A program made the translations under genes and the position numbers. 64,000 bases of DNA from an uncultured Gemmatimonadales bacterium (GTDB lineage Bacteria; Gemmatimonadota; Gemmatimonadetes; Longimicrobiales; RSA9): assembly GCA_963798845.1 (NCBI GenBank), contig CAWCUS010000006.1:128001-192000 (forward strand), read 5' to 3'. The notes beneath the pieces were generated by a model, which saw nothing but the letters and a program-made list of their open reading frames with translations, made no database searches and was not told the DNA's origin. This document shows positions 57,245 to 64,000 of the stretch, piece after piece. How positions within the stretch are numbered: the stretch's first letter is position 1; every line of letters starts with the position of its first letter.

Positions 57245-58351
57245 TTGCACCGGGTCGCGAACCGCTGGTCGCTGGCGCTCCTTGTCGCGTGCGTGTTGCC
57301 GATAGCGGCATGCGGCGACGGCCGGCATACCGGGAGCGCGGGCGGCTCTGGCGGCCCTGCTCCCGTCGGTGCGCCGGACGGCACCGCGGAGGCCCCCGCG
57401 TCCGATAGGGCCTCCACGCCCGGGCCCGGCGCGCCCCACTCCGTCGGCCCGATCCAGGTCACCGATCCGGCCGGCCACTCCGTCGCCATGGACCGCCCGG
57501 CACGCCGTGTCGTCTCGATGGTGCCCGCGATGACCGAGTGGATCGTGGCTTTCGGGAGCGGTGACAGGCTCGTGGCGCGGACGGACTACGACGCGGAGCC
57601 TTCGCTTTCCGGGCTCCCCTCGGTGGGCGGCGGCCTGGACCCGAGCGTGGAATGGCTCGCAGCGCGGCATCCGGACCTGGTGATCGCGTGGCCCGACGCC
57701 CCCAGCCGCTCCCTCGTCGCCCGGCTCGAGGGGCTGGGGATCCCGGTCTACACGGCCGCGGTCCAGACCGTCGAAGGCGCGTTCGGCGCCGCCCGCGACC
57801 TCGGCCGCCTCCTTGGCGAGGATTCCGCTGCGGCCGCGGTGGTGGACCGCGTCCGCGCAGGCCTCGACGCCGTGCACCGGGGGACGGCCGGCGCTCCGCG
57901 GCCATCCGCGCTCTTCGTCATCGGCCTCGACCCCCTCATGGCGGCCGGTCCCGGCACGTTCCTCGACCAGCTTCTGGAGGAGGCCGGGGCGACGAACGTG
58001 CTCGCGGACGTGAGCGTTCTGTGGCCCCAGCTGTCGCTCGAGGAAATCGTCGCCCGCTCACCCGACGTGGTCATCCTGGCGACCGCCGGCGAAGCCGCCG
58101 CATCGCGCCAGTCCGCCTCCCCGGACAAAGCCGCCTCCGCTCCGGGGAGCTCCTCCTCCCGGGATGGCGCCAGCGCCGCCCGCTCGCACGCCACCGACCT
58201 GCTCCGCGGACGGCCCGGGTGGCGTGAGATCCCTGCGGTCCGCGACGGCCGTGTCTACGCGGTGGACCCCTACGTGGTGAATCGCCCGGGTCCGCAGCTG
58301 GCCGAGTCTGCGAGGCTTCTCGCCCGCCTGGTCCACGGAAGAGACCAGTGA
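57245..58351 (+). CDS. btuF: Cobalamin ABC transporter substrate-binding lipoprotein
   Basis: Lipobox IAAC, RRVVSMVP, PDLVIAW, GPGTF, PDVVIL, IPAVRDGRVY, RPGP; alternative GTG start at 57176. Confidence 0.88.
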   Translation: MHRVANRWSLALLVACVLPIAACGDGRHTGSAGGSGGPAPVGAPDGTAEAPASDRASTPGPGAPHSVGPIQVTDPAGHSVAMDRPARRVVSMVPAMTEWIVAFGSGDRLVARTDYDAEPSLSGLPSVGGGLDPSVEWLAARHPDLVIAWPDAPSRSLVARLEGLGIPVYTAAVQTVEGAFGAARDLGRLLGEDSAAAAVVDRVRAGLDAVHRGTAGAPRPSALFVIGLDPLMAAGPGTFLDQLLEEAGATNVLADVSVLWPQLSLEEIVARSPDVVILATAGEAAASRQSASPDKAASAPGSSSSRDGASAARSHATDLLRGRPGWREIPAVRDGRVYAVDPYVVNRPGPQLAESARLLARLVHGRDQ

Positions 58352-59343
58352 AGCCTCGGCCGCTCGCGGTACGCCTGCTGGTCCTGGCCGGAGTCCTGGT
58401 CGGCGCGCTCCTCCTGGCGGTCGGCGTTGGCGCCGTCCCGGTCTCGCCCGCCGCTGTCGTGCGCGCCCTCGCCGGCCACGGCGACGCCACTACCCGGACC
58501 ATCATCCTCGAGCTCCGCCTCCCGCGCGCCGCCACCGCCGTCCTCATCGGCGCGGCGCTCGGCGTGGCAGGTGCCGTCTTCCAGGCGCTCCTCCGCAACC
58601 CGCTCGCCGAGCCCTACATCCTCGGCGTGTCCGGCGGGGCCGCGGTGGCCGCGGTGGCGGTGATCGGCTTCGCCGGGGCAGCCGTGGCGCGCTGGCTCGT
58701 CCCCGTGGCCGCGTTCGCCGGGGGCGTTGGCGCGATTCTGCTCGTCTTCCGCATCGCGGCCTCGGTCGGACGGGCGCTGGACACGCGCGTGCTGCTGCTC
58801 GCGGGCGTGGTGGTGGGCGCATTCTTCAACGCCGTGATTCTGCTGCTCCTCACGCTCGCGGACGTGGAGACGTTCCGCTCGGCCATCTTCTGGATGATGG
58901 GGAGCCTGGCCTCGGCGACGTGGGGCACGGTCGTCGCCCTGACCGCGTTCACGCTCCCGGCTCTCGCCGCCCTCCTCGGTCTCTCGCGCGCGCTGAACCT
59001 CATGGCCGTCGGAGAGGAGACCGCCCTCTACCTGGGGACGCGCGTCGAGAACGTGAAGCGGGCTGCCTACCTGGTGGCGTCGCTCCTGGTGGCGTCCGGC
59101 GTGGCCGCGGCCGGGGTGATCGGCTTCGTCGGGCTCATCGTGCCCCACGCGCTGCGGCTGGTCTGGGGCGGCGACCACCGCTTCCTCCTCCCGGGCAGCG
59201 CCCTCGCCGGCGCCGCCTTCCTCCTGCTGGCCGACACCGCCGCCCGCACGGTGGCCGCGCCCGTGGAGCTGCCCGTGGGAGTGGTGACCGCTCTGGTCGG
59301 CGTTCCGGTCTTCGTCGCCCTTCTCACCAGGAGGTCGACATGA
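58348..59343 (+). CDS. btuC: Cobalamin ABC transporter permease (FecCD family)
   Basis: ELRLPR, FQALLRNPLAEPYILGVS.GA, WMMGSL, IGFVGLIVPH, ELPVGVVTA. Confidence 0.92.
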   Translation: MKPRPLAVRLLVLAGVLVGALLLAVGVGAVPVSPAAVVRALAGHGDATTRTIILELRLPRAATAVLIGAALGVAGAVFQALLRNPLAEPYILGVSGGAAVAAVAVIGFAGAAVARWLVPVAAFAGGVGAILLVFRIAASVGRALDTRVLLLAGVVVGAFFNAVILLLLTLADVETFRSAIFWMMGSLASATWGTVVALTAFTLPALAALLGLSRALNLMAVGEETALYLGTRVENVKRAAYLVASLLVASGVAAAGVIGFVGLIVPHALRLVWGGDHRFLLPGSALAGAAFLLLADTAARTVAAPVELPVGVVTALVGVPVFVALLTRRST

Positions 59344-60134
59344 TCTACCGCGCCCGCGGCCTCACGTACCGCTATCCGGGCGCCGCCCGCGAGGCCGTGG
59401 CCGGCGTGGACCTCGAGGTTGCCCGCGGGTCCTTCCACGCCGTGATCGGCCCCAACGGCTGCGGCAAGACGACGCTTCTCCGACTGCTCCTCGGCGCACT
59501 CCGGCCGGACGGCGGCGAGGTCCACTACGACGGTCGGGCGCTGGAAGCGTGGTCGCGCCGCGACCTCGCCCGGCGCGTCGGCGTCGTGCCGCAGACCGAG
59601 GAGCTCGTCTTCCCCCTCACCGTCGGCGAGCTGGTGGCCATGGGCCGCTATCCGCACCTCGGCCCCTGGCGGGCGGAGGGGAGGTCCGACCGCGCCGCCG
59701 TGGAGCGGGCGCTGGACACGTGCGACATTGCCGGCATGGCCGACCGCGCCGTCGGCACCCTCTCCGGCGGCGAGCGCCAGCGGGCCCGGGTCGCCCGCGC
59801 GCTGGCGCAGGAGCCCGAGGTGCTGGTGCTCGACGAGCCCACGGCGTCGCTCGACGTGAGCCACGAGATGGGGATCTTCGAGCTGGTGCGGGGGCTGGCC
59901 GATGGCGGCGTCACGGTCCTCATGGTCACGCACAATCTGAACGTGGCCGCCCGCTTCGCCGACCGGCTCCTCCTCCTCGATCGCGGGCGCGCAGCCGCGC
60001 GCGGCACCGCGGGCGAGGTGCTCCGCCCGGAGATGCTGGAGTCGGTGTACCACTGGCCCCTGACGCTACTCCGCCATCCCGGTCCCGGCCCGGACGGCGG
60101 CACGCCTCAGGTCATTCCTCTTCGACGCCCGTGA
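59340..60134 (+). CDS. btuD: Cobalamin ABC transporter ATP-binding protein
   Basis: GPNGCGKT, LSGGERQR, ALAQEP, LDEPT, VTH; AGGAGG RBS. Confidence 0.92.
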   Translation: MIYRARGLTYRYPGAAREAVAGVDLEVARGSFHAVIGPNGCGKTTLLRLLLGALRPDGGEVHYDGRALEAWSRRDLARRVGVVPQTEELVFPLTVGELVAMGRYPHLGPWRAEGRSDRAAVERALDTCDIAGMADRAVGTLSGGERQRARVARALAQEPEVLVLDEPTASLDVSHEMGIFELVRGLADGGVTVLMVTHNLNVAARFADRLLLLDRGRAAARGTAGEVLRPEMLESVYHWPLTLLRHPGPGPDGGTPQVIPLRRP

Positions 60135-60226
60135 ACTGATGTTCCAACCCGCCGTGAGCCGACCCGTGATCCCGATGCGCTTCCGACCCCTGGCGCTGGC
60201 CGGACCTGTGATCGCTGGCCCGACCC

Positions 60227-62274
60227 GTGGAGCTGGCGTGGATCGCCGTCCTCGCGCTCGCCGGAGCCCTGGCCGGCCAGCAGGGCGGCGGTCCTCGCCC
60301 TGCCCGGGACACCGTCCCGGATACGCTCCGGCTCCCGGATCTCGTGGTCACGGCCACCCGCGTCCCGCTGCCGCGCGCGGCGCTCCCCACACCGGTGTCC
60401 GTGCTTTCGGGAGAGCGCCTGCGCGAGAGCGGCGTCGAGACCGTGGCCCGGGCGCTCCGGGAAGTTCCCGGGGCGGCGGTGGTGCGTGCCGGTGCCGCGG
60501 GTGCCCAGACGTCGATCTTCCTGCGCGGCGGCGAGAGCGACTACGTGAAGGTACTGGTGGACGGCGTTCCCGTGAACGACCCGGGCGGGGCATTCGACCT
60601 CACGGACCTCACCACCGAACAGGTGGAGCGGATCGAGGTGGTGCGAGGCCCGGTCAGCGTGCTTTACGGCAGCGACGCGATCAGTGGCGTCGTCCAGCTG
60701 TTCACGCGGCGCGGGCGCGGAGCGCCCTCTCTCCTCGCCCGTCTCTCGGGCGGCGTGGGCGCTCGCCCGGACCGATCGGGGGCCGGCGACGGCTCCGGCG
60801 CAGGCGCCACGGCCGGCGCCTTCCCTTCCGGCGGCGACACGTATGGCGATGCCGAAGCGTCTGCTTCGGTGACTGGCTCCACGGGCGAGGTCTCTTACGC
60901 GTTCGGGGGAAGCCGCGCCTGGACCGATGGGCTCTACCGCTTCAACAACCACCGCGACCTCGCGACGGGGAGCGCGCGCCTGGCGTGGACTGCCGCTCCC
61001 GGGACGGAGCTCGCGGTCACCGGCAGGTTGAGTGACAGCCGTTCGGGCTTTCCCACCGATGGGACCGGCGCGCTCGTGGACCGGAACGCTCGGATCGACC
61101 GGACCCGGATCACCGGCGCCGTGGACGGGGGGATCCGGCTCTCGCGACATTCTGGAGGCGGACGTGCGCATCGGGCTCACGCGCCGGCACCAGCTGACTC
61201 TCGACGGTCCCGACGGCGGCGCGGACACGCTCGGCGTCTTCGCGTCGGAGCTGGAGTGGAACGTGGCGCGGGTGTCGGCAGACGCCCACCTGAACGCCAG
61301 GCTTCCCTGGGGGATCCTCACCGCCGGCGCGTCGCTCGACGACGCCCACGCCGACACGCGCTACCACTCCCGCAGCGAGTGGGGCGCTTCTGCCGCTTCC
61401 GCCGACTACCGCCGCAGCAGCGCCGGCTACTACGCCCAGGTCCTCGCCGAGCCAGCCGCTGACCTCCACCTTACCGCCGGCGCTCGCCTCGACTACAGCG
61501 ACACGTACGGCGCCTTCGAGACCTACCGCCTCGGCGCCACCATCGGTCTGGTCCCCGGCACCCGTCTGCGCGCAGCGGTTGGCCGCGGCTTCCGTGAGCC
61601 GGCGTTCGACGAGAGCTTCGGCAGCGGCTTCGGCGACCGCGGCAATCCGGAGCTCGCGCCGGAACGGTCGCGCAGCTGGGAAGTGGGCGTCGAGCGCGAA
61701 CTCGGGAGTGCCGCCCATCTCGCGGCGACCTGGTTCGACCAGCGCTTCGACGACCTCATACAGTTCACGTTCACCCCCCCGGCGCCGGATGCGCCCAGCT
61801 ACTTCAACGTTGGCGCCGCCGCCGCCCGCGGCATTCGAGCTCGAGGCCTCGGTCCGGTTCGGCCGCCTCGACCTGGAAGCCGGGTACACGCGCCTCCTCA
61901 CGGAGGTGCTCGACCCCGGCCTCGCCTCCGATGCCGCGTTCACCGCCGGCAGGCCCCTGCTACGCCGCCCTCCCCAGAGCGGCTCCGTGCACGCGCGCCT
62001 CGCCATTCCCGCCGGGGCGCTCACGGCCACGGTCACGGCGGCAGGGAAACGCGAGGACCTGGATTTCGGCGCCGGCTACCCGGCGCCCCGCGTGACCCTC
62101 GCCCCTTACGCCACGCTCGACCTCACGATCGAGCGACGCCTTCCGATCCCCGGCCCCGCCACCACCGCCTCCCTCGCCCTCGACAACGTCCTCGGCGCCG
62201 CCTACGAGACCGTCCGCGGGTTCCCCGCTCCCGGCCGCCTCGCCCGCCTCGGCGTGCAGGTGCGGGTGCCGTAG
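60227..62274 (+). pseudogene. btuB: TonB-dependent cobalamin receptor split by two +1 frameshifts (pseudogene or assembly error)
   Basis: Frame 1 has the plug (VVTATR, FLRGGESD, ERIEVVRGPVSVLYGSDA). Frame 2 from about 61146 has ARLD, GFREP, NPELAPE. Frame 3 from about 61835 has LLRRP, DNVL...YE..GFPAPGR and stops at 62274. Confidence 0.85.
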
Positions 62275-62292
62275 GTCACCGCCCGGACGCAC

Positions 62293-62329
62293 CTCGCCCC
62301 CGTGCGGCTTCGCGGCCGACGGGGGCGAG
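62293..62329. terminator. GC-rich hairpin between convergent btuB and DUF4382 genes
   Basis: ctcgcccccgt...acgggggcgag, 11-bp outer stem. Confidence 0.55.
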
Positions 62330-62389
62330 TGATCGCGGCTCGAGCGAGGGCGCGTCGGACGATCCGATCACGCCCTCAGCGCGGCCCGG

Positions 62390-63304
62390 TCACGGCGCGA
62401 GGGCCGCAGCCGTGATGACCCAGGCCACCGTCTGGGCCTGCGCGCTGCCGAGCGTGAGCGTCTGCACGGCAGCCGGCTCGGTCGTGAACGTGACGCCAGC
62501 GGGGCCGTTCAGGGTCAGCGTGTAGTCCATGCCGGGCTGCTCGTACTGGAAGTGCGCCTCGAACACCTGGTCGCCGTCGTCGTCGGTGAACGCCGCGGTC
62601 TCCTCGTCGCCCTCCGCCGGCGTCATGGTGACGCTGAAGTCGGCCGGCGTGAACGGGCTCGGCAGCAGCGCGTCGGGGTCGGCGAGGGTGATGTCGAACC
62701 CGCCGGTCACCGAGATGTCCGCCGCGTGCACCACTGCGTGCAGGTTGTAGCGGTTCGGGTTGCCGGTCTCGTGCAGGAACGACTCGTTCACCACGAAGTC
62801 CAGCAGCAGGATCTGCTGCGTCCCGCCCGTCACGTGGAGCCCGTGCAGCAGCACCTTGATCCCCGAGTTCCCGGTGCTGGTCATGTTGATGGTGCCGGTC
62901 GGCTCACCGCACTTCGTGTAGTCCGGGGAGGACGAGAACACTCCAGCGCCCGTGATGATGCAGGCATCGCCGAGCACCACGCGCAGCTGCCCGTAGTCGC
63001 CCTCGGGCACGTCGGCGCCGGTGGCCAGGTCGGCCACGGCGCCGGCGAGGCTGGTGAGCTCGAACTCCTGATCACTGTCCTCCAGCAGGTACACGCGCGT
63101 CCCGGGCGGATCGGCCTCGCCGTCGTCGCCCTGCAGGTAGATGTCCGTGAACGTGACCCAGGCCTCCTGGATCTCGTCACCGTTCGCATCCGTCAGCTTC
63201 AGCGAAACGGTGCCGTAGTCGTTCGCCGTGGTGTTGCCATCGCAGCCGGCCAGGGGGAGAATCAAAGCCACTGCCAGCGCAGCAAGGCCGCTGGTTCGGA
63301 ACAT
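62390..63304 (-). CDS. DUF4382-like lipoprotein
   Basis: Lipobox LAGC, VSLKLTDA, VPEGDYGQLRVV, SGIKV, LLLDFVVNESF. Confidence 0.8.
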   Translation of the reverse strand: MFRTSGLAALAVALILPLAGCDGNTTANDYGTVSLKLTDANGDEIQEAWVTFTDIYLQGDDGEADPPGTRVYLLEDSDQEFELTSLAGAVADLATGADVPEGDYGQLRVVLGDACIITGAGVFSSSPDYTKCGEPTGTINMTSTGNSGIKVLLHGLHVTGGTQQILLLDFVVNESFLHETGNPNRYNLHAVVHAADISVTGGFDITLADPDALLPSPFTPADFSVTMTPAEGDEETAAFTDDDGDQVFEAHFQYEQPGMDYTLTLNGPAGVTFTTEPAAVQTLTLGSAQAQTVAWVITAAALAP

Positions 63305-63423
63305 GGTGTTGCTCCCTATTCGGGTTCAGCCTTCGGCCGACCGGCGCCGCCGATCGCCGCTTCCCTCAACAGACGACTCACCCGGCAGTCGCGTCACGGG
63401 GCCACCCGACGTTCACCCGCCCC

Positions 63424-64000
63424 TCACGCGTCGCCCCCTTGCAGCATCGCCGCATAGCTCTCGTAGCGCTCCCTCTTGACCAGCCCTTCCGACAGCGCCG
63501 TGAGCACCCCGCATCCGGGTTCGTGGGTGTGGGAGCACGAACGTCCGAACCGGCAGCGCCGGGCGGGGCCCCGCATCTCGGGAAAATAGAAGTCGAGGTC
63601 CTTCGCATCGACGCCCCAGAGCCCCAGCTCCCGCAGGCCGGGGGTGTCGGCGACGTGGCCGCCGCAGGCGAGCGGGATGAGCCGCGCCGAGACGGTGGTG
63701 TGGCGCCCCTTCCCCTGCGCCTCGCTCACGTGCCCGGTGCGCAGGCCCAGGCCCGGCTGGATCGCGTTCAGCAGGCTCGACTTCCCCGCGCCGGACGGGC
63801 CGGCCAGGGCGCTCACCCGGCCGCACAGTCGTTCCCGAAGCGCTTCCACCCCCTCACCCGTGACGGCGCTGGTGTGGACGACCGGGTAGCCGATCTCCTC
63901 GTACGCGTCGAACGCCGCCCGCTGTGATGCGCTGGCCCGATCCATCTTGTTGGCGACGACGACCGCTTTCAGAGCGTTCGACTCCGCCAGCACCAGGAAA
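63424..64000 (-). CDS. rsgA: Ribosome small subunit-dependent GTPase A (5' truncated by window edge)
   Basis: NKMD, GPSGAGKSSLLN, GRHTT, DTPG, Zn finger CRFGRSCSHTHEPGC. Confidence 0.95.
   Translation of the reverse strand, partial: FLVLAESNALKAVVVANKMDRASASQRAAFDAYEEIGYPVVHTSAVTGEGVEALRERLCGRVSALAGPSGAGKSSLLNAIQPGLGLRTGHVSEAQGKGRHTTVSARLIPLACGGHVADTPGLRELGLWGVDAKDLDFYFPEMRGPARRCRFGRSCSHTHEPGCGVLTALSEGLVKRERYESYAAMLQGGDA

Overview
Very GC-rich bacterial window with no rRNA, tRNA, CRISPR array or transposase visible. The gene content (ADOP-type permease, SusC/SusD pair, DUF2723, many lipoproteins) suggests Gemmatimonadota, but that is inference. In order, it contains: a truncated ABC permease; queG with palindromic in-frame insertions; a 7-gene A/V-type ATPase operon (E-C-A-B-D-I-K) whose K subunit has a Na+-type ligand set; a universal stress protein; and a 4-gene candidate porin-cytochrome electron conduit (9-heme lipoprotein, beta-barrel, 16-heme cytochrome, TPR-like lipoprotein). 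Next come housekeeping enzymes (two HIT, MazG, two NUDIX, PLP enzyme, proline dehydrogenase, queE, DHH, ftsH, trpE, hydantoinase A), a HEXXH lipoprotein, an HNH nuclease, and a Tat subunit/GMC pair divergent from a Zn-dehydrogenase plus alpha-oxoamine synthase pair. The window ends with susCD, sbcDC, a cobalamin riboswitch leading btuFCDB, DUF4382 and a partial rsgA. Several single-base indel signatures (btuB twice, the apparent PRODH-QueE fusion, possibly two TGG read-throughs) suggest assembly errors. The strongest novelty candidate is the multiheme porin-cytochrome cluster at 11.9-16.9 kb.
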